A model generated the notes under the pieces. That model made no database searches. It was not told the DNA's origin and saw only the letters and a program-made list of their open reading frames with translations. The translations under genes and the position numbers were made by a program. Of a DNA stretch of 64,000 nt, positions 51,194 through 60,967 are shown one piece after another. Every line of letters begins with the position of its first letter. The first letter of the stretch is position 1. Source of the DNA: a virus; IMG/VR virus record IMGVR_UViG_3300042691_050947. One strand, 5' to 3'.

Positions 51194-53248
51194 ATGGCAC
51201 AAAGCAGATTCATAAATTTATCCTCATATTGCATAGTTGAATATCAATTTGAGCAGGTTCCATCCTTAAATTTTTACAACGATGATTTCATATTGGTTGA
51301 AAATCAAATCGATGGAACACACCAAATATTTAACACAGATGCGTCATACAACACGCTAAAAAATATTCAAGACCTTAGTGTAGTCTCAATAGGCACAAAC
51401 GAGTATGCTTATCTAGACAGCGAAAAGGTTCCTAACTATCTTCAATATAATACTGATCTAATTTCATCCACCATTTCTGGCTATAACGTCGTTATGGATA
51501 GGGTCAGATTTCACTTTATTTCGGGATTTGATTTTGATACGTTTAAAGCGTTAATCTTATCGATAAGTAATCCGGAAAATAATGGAACTACTAATATCTT
51601 TGCAAATATCCTAGTTGCTCCAGAGACAATATCAGAGCTTATAATCTTTAATCCTAAACCTCTATTTCTTTCAAGTTCAGTTTACGATAGATATATCGAT
51701 ATTTACGTTCCATCTATAAAAAATATTAACACGGATTTTAACACGGCTCCAGTTCCAGCTCTAACCTTTGCTGCAGCGATCACTCCAAGCACTAGCGGAC
51801 CTGTTGGACTAGTCTACAATAATCCAATAACTGTATCTTTGCTTGAGTGTGGGACAAAATCCATTATTTACACAAATACTTCCATCACGTACGATTCGTA
51901 TACTGTTTCCGACTCATACTCTGCAACTGTTTCCCAAACAAATGAATTTGATAATGTCGGAGCATATATAAACCAATCGTTAGTAGGTGATTATCTAGAA
52001 TTTTATCTTACCTTCAACTCAGCTTTTCCAGGAGAACTAATATCGATATTGGATAAGAGAAATCCAAATGACGATTGGATAATAGTTCATCAGTTAAGCA
52101 TATTTGAGCAAGTAGGGACAGCCTTTATAAATACTTCTAGGTTCGTATTTTTTCAAGAAACAGATTATGACGAGCCCAACGTATTTAGGCCAGTTCTTAA
52201 ATATGCGCATGAAGCAATTAGCATGTCAGTAGATTATATTGCCAGGCTAACAAATAGACGAAATGGCGAACAGATAATTAGGGAAGCTTCATTTAACCTA
52301 GTTTCTCCGAAAAAATATGGAAGAAGCCTGATAAACTTACCTCTACTTGATAAACCACAATCCCAAAAAATATACAATAAGATCGTTAAGAATAACTTTG
52401 AAGCGACTTCACTTTTTATTGAGCCGACTCCCATTAGTAAGCAAAGTGTCATTACTCCATCAGTACCAACGCAAGTTACTGAAGTTGTTCGTACAGAATT
52501 CGTGCCAATCTTTTTTAATAACAATAATATTTCAATATCTAATGTTAATTCAATGATCAAGTCGACCGATTCTTCTGAGGAAGTTGTGTTTGGTCCTGGA
52601 AAGTTACGATTTATCTTGTCGCCGTTTGATAATATTCTTAAATTAAAAGTATTTACTGAGGCTACTTTGGCAAATGCTGAAAATCCATTAGTTCCTCTAG
52701 ATCTAAACGTGAATGCCGCAAAATACCGACTAGTCTTTGAGACATCGTCAGGTAAAGTATCAATCGATAATGTAAACGACTCTAGTCAGGAAAACCTATC
52801 GACTGGTCAGATAACATTCAATATAGCTAAAAAAGAGAGCGAGTCTGTGACCAACTCAAAAAATAGGACAATGTATGTAGTATCAGTTTCCCAAGACGGT
52901 CGGGAGACATTAATGTATACTGGAGAGTGGAGAAAGCCGAGTGAACAGTCTGATGTTGATGCTGCAATCGCTCAAGCAAAGGCAGATGCCGCTGCTAAAA
53001 AGGACCTAACTAAGATACTTGGTGGAATCAAGGACCGACTATCACTGATCACTAAATTAGATCTTGCAAATAAGGTTGATGCTAGGTCTACCGTAAAGGG
53101 CAAGGGAGAAGCTCCTATAGTGAATAGGTTTGGCGTAACCGACTCAAAATCGATAAGTACAAGTGGGGCTTCACTTTTAACCTATGAAGAAAAAAAGAAA
53201 CAAAAGGAACAGGATGCACTAAATAATGCATTGAAAAAGAAGCAATAA
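51194..53248 (+). CDS. Putative virion structural protein
   Basis: 684-aa beta-rich ORF. Confidence 0.55.
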   Translation: MAQSRFINLSSYCIVEYQFEQVPSLNFYNDDFILVENQIDGTHQIFNTDASYNTLKNIQDLSVVSIGTNEYAYLDSEKVPNYLQYNTDLISSTISGYNVVMDRVRFHFISGFDFDTFKALILSISNPENNGTTNIFANILVAPETISELIIFNPKPLFLSSSVYDRYIDIYVPSIKNINTDFNTAPVPALTFAAAITPSTSGPVGLVYNNPITVSLLECGTKSIIYTNTSITYDSYTVSDSYSATVSQTNEFDNVGAYINQSLVGDYLEFYLTFNSAFPGELISILDKRNPNDDWIIVHQLSIFEQVGTAFINTSRFVFFQETDYDEPNVFRPVLKYAHEAISMSVDYIARLTNRRNGEQIIREASFNLVSPKKYGRSLINLPLLDKPQSQKIYNKIVKNNFEATSLFIEPTPISKQSVITPSVPTQVTEVVRTEFVPIFFNNNNISISNVNSMIKSTDSSEEVVFGPGKLRFILSPFDNILKLKVFTEATLANAENPLVPLDLNVNAAKYRLVFETSSGKVSIDNVNDSSQENLSTGQITFNIAKKESESVTNSKNRTMYVVSVSQDGRETLMYTGEWRKPSEQSDVDAAIAQAKADAAAKKDLTKILGGIKDRLSLITKLDLANKVDARSTVKGKGEAPIVNRFGVTDSKSISTSGASLLTYEEKKKQKEQDALNNALKKKQ

Positions 53249-53333
53249 CTATCACCGTTGACTCAACACTGAATATATCTTTAAATAATTAACGATTTAT
53301 TGAGATAAATAAAAAAAAATAATAATTCACGAA

Positions 53334-55628
53334 ATGAAAGGCTTCGTAGACAAAATATTAACTGAACTTAAGACTAATACTACTCTTAAATCAGAACCAC
53401 TAGTAAAACTTTTAACTGAATCGATTGATAAATCGATATCGTTGGGTGAACCTACAAGTTCAATCTATACAAATTTAAAGAGCGGTTTGACTGCCATAAA
53501 CAAGAACATAAAAAATTCAAAAATAACTTCAATCTTAGAGCAGTTTAAAAAGATCGAGATCACTCCCGAATCTCAAACACTTAAGATTGCAAAAAAGGCA
53601 AATCTTTCTCAAAGGTTAAACTTGATAAAAGAATCAAAATTTGGATCTAGCCCAATGATTAAGACTCAAGTTGAACTTTTTGAGTCTTATCTGAATAACG
53701 GCACTCCTGATTTTGCTCTATGCGAGAATTTTATCTCGTTTTTCTCAAATCATAAGTACGATTCAGTCATTAACGCTCAAGTAGAAAAGGTTAAAGCCTA
53801 TATCAATGAAAATCGTTCAGAAATATTATTCTTAAACGCTATCTATTCTATGGATAACATGAATAACCAGCAATATGCTAGCGTTAGTGCAGATCTTAAA
53901 AACATGTTGATTGGAGAATCATATACTTCTGATATCTTAAAATTAAAATATGGCACGACTGTTCCTGTAATTAATCAGCTTGTAAATGAGTTAAGAATAG
54001 TCGAGTCTCAAACTGCAGGTTATTTTACTTTAGGAGAAGGTAACTCATTCACACAAGTAACTAACCTGATCACTCCTGCGACTAAAGCTAAGGACGGAAT
54101 GATTCTTTATATGGATAACCGATTTATTTCAATCCGTGAATCCAGAGGATTAACTGGAAAAGAAACTAAAGTATACATTGATGGAAAATTCAAGATTGCC
54201 GAAGTTGATCCAAACTACGTAAAGGAAAAATTTCCAAGATTCTATAAAGTCTCTGAAGCATTTGCTACCCTAGGTTTTTCTAAGAACATTGATGGAACTA
54301 GCATAGATTCATCAGCAATCCGAAACTTTAACATTAGTTTCAAGACAAACGAAGAAAAAGAATTAGATCTTTATCTAAATGAGTCTAAGGTTTCTAACTT
54401 AGATGATATTAACTTAATGGAGGCTCTTTCTTTAGAAAGCAATGAAGTTAAAAGTAGAGTAATTTCTCTATTTGAAAATTCAAGCAATCTTTTTAATTTC
54501 GATTTTATTAAAGAATTAACGAATGATCGTACTTTAAGTGAGGCATTTGTTCTTAAATTAAACAATGAATTCTATATCTGTGAAAAATTAAATTCAGCTG
54601 AAAGAGAATGGAAAAAAGTAGACGAATACGAAATGTATGAGTTTTGCATGAACAAGTTCAACTATGACATTAGCCCTATCTTTAAGAGCAAAATCGATGA
54701 AAAAATAGATACTTACCAAAAGATCGAAAAGCGAAAGAATGCAATTTCAGTAGACATTAGCAAACTTGAAGAAACGATGGAAAAACTTCAAAAAGCTATT
54801 TCTAATCCTGATCTAGACTCAGACGCAGTTAAAAAACTTAGTGGAATCAGAGAATCTATCGAGGCATCCATTAACTCTCTTAAAAATGATTATGTCGGAC
54901 TAGACTTATTTAAAAAGGACATTAACTCAGTTTATGGAAATGGACGACGCTCTCAATTAAATGAGAATACTCCAGGTCAGATGGCAGCACTAGCTCTTAA
55001 AAAAGCAAAGGGTGCTATCGTTGATATGAGAAAACATCAAGAAGAGTTAAATCAACTTGTAGCACAAACAAATTCATTGGTGAGTCCAATAGTTGGTAAA
55101 ACTATTCAGCGATCAGGAGATGTCGGTCCTGCTGAAATAACTGAAGCTTATATGGAAAGCAGCAATGATGGCAAGGGAAGCCTATCGCTCAAGCTTGAAA
55201 CTACAGGCGGAATTTTTAATATCTATGTAGTATCTCATCTTACTGATCCAATGAATCAAAACTCATTGACTACTAAGATTACTGGATTTGCCCCAGATCC
55301 AGAAAACATTCAAGAAGGTCAGTTGATGGATAATAGTGCGGGTGCAGTATACAGCATATTAAAAATGAATTTTACTAGCATCACTAGCATGCAAGAAAAC
55401 ATGGCAACTGTAAATACAATAACTAATTGCTTGCAAAAAGTAATCGATACGTATAACTCAGAAGGAATCGCAACCTCTTTAGCAGGAGAAGTCAATCGAG
55501 ACTTGACGGCTAGCGCTCAAGCGGCTCCTACTTTAAAACCTAAGGATGTTGCTCAAATTCCTCTACCTGGTGCCAGCTCATCTAACACTGCTTCTAATGC
55601 AACACCACCTACTCTCGCAAGCAAATAA
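53334..55628 (+). CDS. Putative prohead core/scaffold-type protein with many (I/L)-x-E sites
   Basis: Helical 764 aa with LTES, IKES, INEN, IGES, IVES, IRES (x2), LNES and LNEN; ATAAATA at 53305. Confidence 0.5.
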   Translation: MKGFVDKILTELKTNTTLKSEPLVKLLTESIDKSISLGEPTSSIYTNLKSGLTAINKNIKNSKITSILEQFKKIEITPESQTLKIAKKANLSQRLNLIKESKFGSSPMIKTQVELFESYLNNGTPDFALCENFISFFSNHKYDSVINAQVEKVKAYINENRSEILFLNAIYSMDNMNNQQYASVSADLKNMLIGESYTSDILKLKYGTTVPVINQLVNELRIVESQTAGYFTLGEGNSFTQVTNLITPATKAKDGMILYMDNRFISIRESRGLTGKETKVYIDGKFKIAEVDPNYVKEKFPRFYKVSEAFATLGFSKNIDGTSIDSSAIRNFNISFKTNEEKELDLYLNESKVSNLDDINLMEALSLESNEVKSRVISLFENSSNLFNFDFIKELTNDRTLSEAFVLKLNNEFYICEKLNSAEREWKKVDEYEMYEFCMNKFNYDISPIFKSKIDEKIDTYQKIEKRKNAISVDISKLEETMEKLQKAISNPDLDSDAVKKLSGIRESIEASINSLKNDYVGLDLFKKDINSVYGNGRRSQLNENTPGQMAALALKKAKGAIVDMRKHQEELNQLVAQTNSLVSPIVGKTIQRSGDVGPAEITEAYMESSNDGKGSLSLKLETTGGIFNIYVVSHLTDPMNQNSLTTKITGFAPDPENIQEGQLMDNSAGAVYSILKMNFTSITSMQENMATVNTITNCLQKVIDTYNSEGIATSLAGEVNRDLTASAQAAPTLKPKDVAQIPLPGASSSNTASNATPPTLASK

Positions 55629-55634
55629 TATAAA

Positions 55635-55898
55635 TTGAGGAACATATTATCATATCAGGAATATCTAAGCGACTCTCTAAAAGAGTCGCTTGATCCTTAT
55701 GTCGAATCCAAGTTAAAATTTAAGATTGGAGATCTTGTTCAAGTAAAGGACCGACTGGGTAAAATAACCGCATTTAATGGAAAAGAATATCTAGTCTTTC
55801 TTAATAATAAAAACGAGAGGGTTCCAGAATCACAGATCGAACGGGTTACTCCAGGTAAAAAGAAGAAAAAAGTAAATAAAAATAAAAAGAGCTCATAA
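55635..55898 (+). CDS. Small SH3/KOW-like basic protein with ILSYQEY tag
   Basis: TTG start; FKIGDLVQV motif; Lys-rich tail. Confidence 0.6.
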   Translation: MRNILSYQEYLSDSLKESLDPYVESKLKFKIGDLVQVKDRLGKITAFNGKEYLVFLNNKNERVPESQIERVTPGKKKKKVNKNKKSS

Positions 55899-55912
55899 AA
55901 ATGAGCTCTTTT
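55885..55912 (+). terminator. Intrinsic terminator
   Basis: 12-bp perfect stem AAAAGAGCTCAT-AAAA-ATGAGCTCTTTT followed by GTTTT. Confidence 0.85.
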
Positions 55913-55963
55913 GTTTTATAATAAAAATTTTTTTTGTATTTTATATAAAACTAAATTTATATT

Positions 55964-56239
55964 ATGCAAAATTCTATCAAAATTGGCCCTATCCAAAAGG
56001 GCAGACCTACCCCACAAAGACATTCCCTAATTAAGGAAAGATTGACTAAAATGAAAGTAGGAAACTTTTTTGAAATCTCCGGATTTTCTCAAAAGTCTGA
56101 GATACTTAACATACGTGCATCAATTGGATATTTCTCCAAAAAGGAAAACGTTAAGGTCTCTACATCAGTAAAAAATGGAGTTCTTCGAGTGGAAAAAATC
56201 AAGTCTATCAAAACTAAGGAAGTATCTAAAGTAAAATAA
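55964..56239 (+). CDS. Small basic protein, possibly DNA-binding
   Basis: 91 aa, Lys-rich, KMKVGNFF motif. Confidence 0.6.
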   Translation: MQNSIKIGPIQKGRPTPQRHSLIKERLTKMKVGNFFEISGFSQKSEILNIRASIGYFSKKENVKVSTSVKNGVLRVEKIKSIKTKEVSKVK

Positions 56240-56258
56240 ACAATATAAAATTTTTTAA

Positions 56259-57059
56259 ATGGATACTCGTATAGATTTTAACACTGCCAAAAAGTTTGAT
56301 CAGCTTGAATTGATCGATTGGAAAACCAAGTACGGAGACTTTCAATTCTACATCCGTAAGGGATTAAATGAGATCAAGTACAATGTCGGTACCAACGTTT
56401 CAAAAAGTCCAAAAAGCGGAGAATACATTAAACCTCTAACATCAGCGGCATACGGTCCAGAAATGGACATCAATGCTGTTTTTAATCAAGAAGATACGTG
56501 GTTAGATATCGGAGGTCACATTGGTCTTTTTGCGATCAGAATGGCTAGACAGTTTCCAAAAATAAAAGAAGTAATTTCTTATGAAGCTTTGCCTCATAAT
56601 GCTTCTTTTGCACTAGAAAACATCAAGATAAATGGAGTCGAGTCTGAATGTAAAGTAGTACAGAAAGCAATTGTTCCAGGAATAGAAGAAAAAATAGAAT
56701 TTTTTATTTCAAATGATTCTGGTAAACACTCGATTCTTCCTATTCGAGGCAGAGAGGTCCTAACTGTTCCTGCGATAAATATCAATGATGCGATTGCCAA
56801 TCATGGAGCAACCGCCATTAAAATGGACGTTGAGGGAGCAGAATATGAGCTAATCAAATCAGTCACAGACTGGTCAAATGTCAGGATAGCAATAATTGAG
56901 TATCACTTTATGTACAAATTATTAAAATCAAATCGAGTTGAAAAATTTCAAGAAATAATATCTATTCTTGAAAATAATTTTGATGTTGTTCGTAAGATCG
57001 ATGCTGTAGAGTACGGAAAAAACTTTATTACGCATATCGTCGCTATCAAGAATAACTAA
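56259..57059 (+). CDS. FkbM-family SAM-dependent methyltransferase
   Basis: WLDIGGHIGLF, SYEA and IKMDVEGAEY...IIEYH motifs. Confidence 0.9.
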   Translation: MDTRIDFNTAKKFDQLELIDWKTKYGDFQFYIRKGLNEIKYNVGTNVSKSPKSGEYIKPLTSAAYGPEMDINAVFNQEDTWLDIGGHIGLFAIRMARQFPKIKEVISYEALPHNASFALENIKINGVESECKVVQKAIVPGIEEKIEFFISNDSGKHSILPIRGREVLTVPAININDAIANHGATAIKMDVEGAEYELIKSVTDWSNVRIAIIEYHFMYKLLKSNRVEKFQEIISILENNFDVVRKIDAVEYGKNFITHIVAIKNN

Positions 57060-57076
57060 CATATTGTTTGATGATA

Positions 57077-57102
57077 AAAAAGAGCGCGAGCGCGCTCTTT
57101 TT
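57077..57102 (+). terminator. Intrinsic terminator (bidirectional-looking)
   Basis: AAAAAGAGCGC-GAGC-GCGCTCTTTTT perfect stem. Confidence 0.85.
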
Positions 57103-57120
57103 AAGTTAAAGATTAAAATC

Positions 57121-57384
57121 ATGAAAAAACTACTTTTACTTTTATTTTTAAATGCTTCCTTAAGCTATTCACAAACGGACTTTGTGAATAATCAGATAGT
57201 TGTTTCAAACCTCTCGATGGACACCGTCTATATTTTAGATGATGAAATGGGAAGAATGATTTACTCAACGTGGGAGTATAACCCATATCACAATGGAAAA
57301 AAGGTCGCTATATTCTTAGTTAAGGACCTGGCTCCATATCGAGAAATGTACGAGAGACTAGCTAATATTCGGAGAAAAAACTAA
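57121..57384 (+). CDS. Small secreted protein
   Basis: Start moved to ATG 57121; MKKLLLLLFLNASLSYS-Q is a Bacteroidota-style signal peptide with +1 Gln. Confidence 0.65.
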   Translation: MKKLLLLLFLNASLSYSQTDFVNNQIVVSNLSMDTVYILDDEMGRMIYSTWEYNPYHNGKKVAIFLVKDLAPYREMYERLANIRRKN

Positions 57385-57391
57385 CCTTTAC

Positions 57392-57817
57392 GTGGTTAAA
57401 GTAAAGAGCCCATACCTACTTCTTCAGGAAATCTACCACGATGATCCTTGGAAATCACTAATCTGTTGCATAATGCTTAACTGCACATCTAGAAAACAAG
57501 TAGATTTAGTGAGAGATGCATTCTTTAAAAAATATCAAAGTCCTGAAGTTGCAATGCAGTCGAACCCGACTGAAATGGCAGAATTGATCTCAATATTGGG
57601 TTTTAAAAATCGTCGTACTAATACAATACAACGATTCTCGAATGACTGGCTGTCTCTAAGTTGGTCTGAACCTAAAGAACTATATGGAATTGGAAAGTAT
57701 GCTCAAGATTCATGGGATATCTTTTATAAGGGTGATCTCTCAATTGAACCGAAGGATGGAGTATTGGGAAAATACTTAGCCTGGGCAAGAACTCAGCCTG
57801 AAAACCCAGTAAAATAA
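57392..57817 (+). CDS. MBD4-like HhH-GPD DNA glycosylase
   Basis: LLQE..HDDPWK..ICCIMLNCTS, HhH PKELYGIGKYAQDS..IF and catalytic-position Asp in PKDGVLGKY closely parallel the MBD4 catalytic domain. Confidence 0.85.
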   Translation: MVKVKSPYLLLQEIYHDDPWKSLICCIMLNCTSRKQVDLVRDAFFKKYQSPEVAMQSNPTEMAELISILGFKNRRTNTIQRFSNDWLSLSWSEPKELYGIGKYAQDSWDIFYKGDLSIEPKDGVLGKYLAWARTQPENPVK

Positions 57818-57820
57818 GAC

Positions 57821-58903
57821 ATGAAGAAAAGTTTATATGCATATTTTGGTCTTCTTGACCTACACGACATCGATTCTCCAGGACATTCACTATATCAGAT
57901 CGGATTAGTCGATTCTTTACGAGAATCATTTGAGGAAGAAAAATTCGATTTTTATTCTTACTATCCAGAAGAAGTAATTAAATCTGCAAGTCTTCAAAGT
58001 TTTCCAGAAACTCCATTGGGTAGATTGTTTCATGAATATCGAACAAGACTATTTGATCAGCCCATTCATGACATAGATGAATTAATACAATTAATTTCAC
58101 AACGTGTGTATTCTAAATTATATCTAAAGGCAAGATTTAGAAACCTTTCGACTCTTTCTAAAAAATGGAAAGATGCTAGAGACTTTGATAAGATCGTTGA
58201 ATGTGCAATCGACGCAGGCTACACAAAGGAAGAAATAATCATATTAGACACTGATCTTTCTCTTTCAGATAAGTTCGTCGAACAGACTAAAGATTTTGTG
58301 ACCATCTTGATTCCATCAATCGACTTTCCAGGAATATCAAACATGTTCTTAGTAGACTGTGTGAATCTAAATTTAGCTCAATCAAAAAAAGGAATAACTA
58401 GCGTGTTCTATGGAAACATCGACACCTCTAAATATAAAAGCGGCAACTCAAAAAGTGAGATCTTGCCCGATGTTCTTGCATGGATAAGTCGAAATCACTG
58501 GTCAAAGGATGAAGATTTTTACCTAATCTGTAAAAAGAATGATTTCGATTCTCTTTCAAATAAGCTGTCGTCCACCTATCACATTGATAGAAAAGATAGG
58601 GTTAAGATCTGGGAAATTCTCGAGTCTTCTAGGGTCATGGTAAATATCACTAAAGAAAAATATAACGATCGAAAGTTTATACCTGCTAGAATATATGAGG
58701 CTATGATTTTCGGCATGATTCCAATTTCATATAAGTTTGATTTCTTGTGCTCAGCCTTTTCTTTTGATAATCTTGAGGATCTTTTTGAAATTTATGCATA
58801 TCTTGGTGAGTGTGATCATGCTGGATTAGAACAAGCATACAAGCATTTCATAAATAGCTATATTGACCATTTAAAATTAAATTCTACTACGTATTCTAGG
58901 TAA
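57821..58903 (+). CDS. GT-B glycosyltransferase resembling T4 DNA beta-glucosyltransferase
   Basis: SVFYGN and KYNDRKFIPARIYEAM...YKFD parallel T4 BGT DVIYGG and KNYNDNFITLRVWETM...EEFD (recalled). Confidence 0.6.
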   Translation: MKKSLYAYFGLLDLHDIDSPGHSLYQIGLVDSLRESFEEEKFDFYSYYPEEVIKSASLQSFPETPLGRLFHEYRTRLFDQPIHDIDELIQLISQRVYSKLYLKARFRNLSTLSKKWKDARDFDKIVECAIDAGYTKEEIIILDTDLSLSDKFVEQTKDFVTILIPSIDFPGISNMFLVDCVNLNLAQSKKGITSVFYGNIDTSKYKSGNSKSEILPDVLAWISRNHWSKDEDFYLICKKNDFDSLSNKLSSTYHIDRKDRVKIWEILESSRVMVNITKEKYNDRKFIPARIYEAMIFGMIPISYKFDFLCSAFSFDNLEDLFEIYAYLGECDHAGLEQAYKHFINSYIDHLKLNSTTYSR

Positions 58904-58956
58904 CTGATTAAAAGTAAAGCCAGCGCTATTAAATAATAAAAAGAGCTGGCTGCCCT

Positions 58957-60942
58957 ATGAAAAAATTATTTTTAATCGTATTCCTGTTTGGAATATCGAA
59001 TATCGTCACTTCCCAATGTAGTACTTATCAAATTTACGAAAGCTTTACTAGTACTCTACCCACACAAGGAGGTACTTGGACTGCAAACTCAATGATCGCA
59101 GTGACAACGTCAGTTCGTACAGGAACCCATGCAATCGGTTTTAATGCTGCTGGTGATTGGATTCGAACTCCCCAAATTGCTAATCCTGGAGCATTAACAT
59201 TCTGGTACAGAAGAAGTTCAAATACCACTGCATGGATTCTAAACATCCAAACTTCACCCGATGGAACAACCTGGACGACTCGAGGTTCAATCACAACTGT
59301 GACTGCAACTTATGCTCAATACACGCTAAACATTGGGGCTTTGAGCCTTACTAATGTTTTTATTAGATTAATAGATGCTCGCGCATCTGGTGCTCATGAA
59401 AGATATGTTGAGGACCTTGCAATAACATCGACCTCCACTTCTTCAAACACCCTATTGCCAATACTTGCAGCTTGTAGCCAAACTCTAAATTCAAGTTTAA
59501 CGTATGCATTAAGCGATGATGGAGGACCGGCTGGACCAATATCAACTGGATATAGTAATAGCGTAGATCGAACGATAACGCTAACACCATCAGATGGGAC
59601 TAAAAAATTGCAGCTCTCATTTACTCAAATGGATTTAGAAACAACCTACGATTACTTGTATGTGTACGATGGAGCAAATACTTCTGCACCATTGCTTGCA
59701 ACACTTAATGGCACCACGATTCCATCTAACATGTCTGCAACAAATTCAAGTGGGCAGCTAACGATAAGATGGACGTCGGACATATCTAACGTGGGAGCTT
59801 GGGGTGGATTTTTAGCATCAGTAACATCCATTACTTTACCGACTCCGGCTTGCTTGTCTTCCCCTACGGCACCGACAGATGGCTCAACAGATATCTCACA
59901 GTCCGTCTCTTTAACTTGGCCGATCGCAACGTATGCAACAAGTTATGATGTTTATTTTGGGACGACTCTACCTGGAACACCTACAACTAATACAACATCG
60001 ACCACATATTCCCCAGGAACATTGCTAGAAGGAACGACATACTATTGGAAAATAGTACCCAAAAATTCCATTGGAGAAGCTACAGGTTGTGCTACTTGGT
60101 CATTTACGACCCTAACCAGACCAATCAATGATAACCCAAGCGGCGCAATTGCATTGACGATCGGCAATGCTGTTACCTATGCAACTTACACCAACCTATA
60201 TGCAACAAATACCACAACTGAATCGACACCAAGCTGTGCTTCATATGCTGGAGAAGACGTATGGTTTAAAGTTACGCTACCTCAATACGTGACATCATTG
60301 GACTTTGATACACAAACCGGCGTAATTACAGATGGAGGAATGGCAATATATCGCGGAACACCCGGATCGCTAGTGGAAATACAGTGCGACGACGATAGTT
60401 CCCCTAATGGGCTGATGTCTTTCATCTCAAGAACAGATTTTTTTCAGTACGAAACGATTTATATTCGAGTTTGGGAATATGGTGGGGGCACAACGGGCAC
60501 ATTTGGAATTTCAGTTACGACACCACAACCTTTACCGGTCGAGCTTTTATATTTTGAAGGAGTGACGTATCCGACCTTTAATCTATTAAAGTGGTCGACC
60601 TCCTCAGAGAACAATTCATCCTACTTCTGCATTGAAAAATCAATAGATGGAGAAGAATGGAAATCTGTAGGGAGCGTACAGGCAGCAGGCAATTCGACTG
60701 AGAAGTTAAATTACTATTATCTAGACAATATTGAGCAGTTCGATATGCATTACTATAAGTTAATTCAGTATGATGTGGATGGTCAGTTTGAAGAGTTTGG
60801 TCCAATATCGTTAGATAATCGAGATAATCCTAAAAAAATAATCGGCTACTTTAATATGCTGGGTCAACCTGTTGACGAGTTTGAGAAAGGGGTGATTATC
60901 GTCCTGTATGAAGATAAATCAATTAAAAAAATAATAAGATAA
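58957..60942 (+). CDS. Secreted CUB + FN3 domain protein with T9SS-type C-terminal sorting region
   Basis: Signal peptide with +1 Gln; CUB DLETTYDYLYVYDG...LTIRWTSD; FN3 ATSYDVYFGT...TYYWKIVPKN; LPVELLYFEG module and FNMLGQ C terminus. Confidence 0.8.
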   Translation: MKKLFLIVFLFGISNIVTSQCSTYQIYESFTSTLPTQGGTWTANSMIAVTTSVRTGTHAIGFNAAGDWIRTPQIANPGALTFWYRRSSNTTAWILNIQTSPDGTTWTTRGSITTVTATYAQYTLNIGALSLTNVFIRLIDARASGAHERYVEDLAITSTSTSSNTLLPILAACSQTLNSSLTYALSDDGGPAGPISTGYSNSVDRTITLTPSDGTKKLQLSFTQMDLETTYDYLYVYDGANTSAPLLATLNGTTIPSNMSATNSSGQLTIRWTSDISNVGAWGGFLASVTSITLPTPACLSSPTAPTDGSTDISQSVSLTWPIATYATSYDVYFGTTLPGTPTTNTTSTTYSPGTLLEGTTYYWKIVPKNSIGEATGCATWSFTTLTRPINDNPSGAIALTIGNAVTYATYTNLYATNTTTESTPSCASYAGEDVWFKVTLPQYVTSLDFDTQTGVITDGGMAIYRGTPGSLVEIQCDDDSSPNGLMSFISRTDFFQYETIYIRVWEYGGGTTGTFGISVTTPQPLPVELLYFEGVTYPTFNLLKWSTSSENNSSYFCIEKSIDGEEWKSVGSVQAAGNSTEKLNYYYLDNIEQFDMHYYKLIQYDVDGQFEEFGPISLDNRDNPKKIIGYFNMLGQPVDEFEKGVIIVLYEDKSIKKIIR

Positions 60943-60967
60943 GATAAATAATAAGAAAAAGATCAGC

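Noticed and set aside
57064-57120. N-terminal extension of the 57064 ORF
   Set aside because: It overlaps the terminator hairpin; ATG 57121 gives a clean signal peptide.
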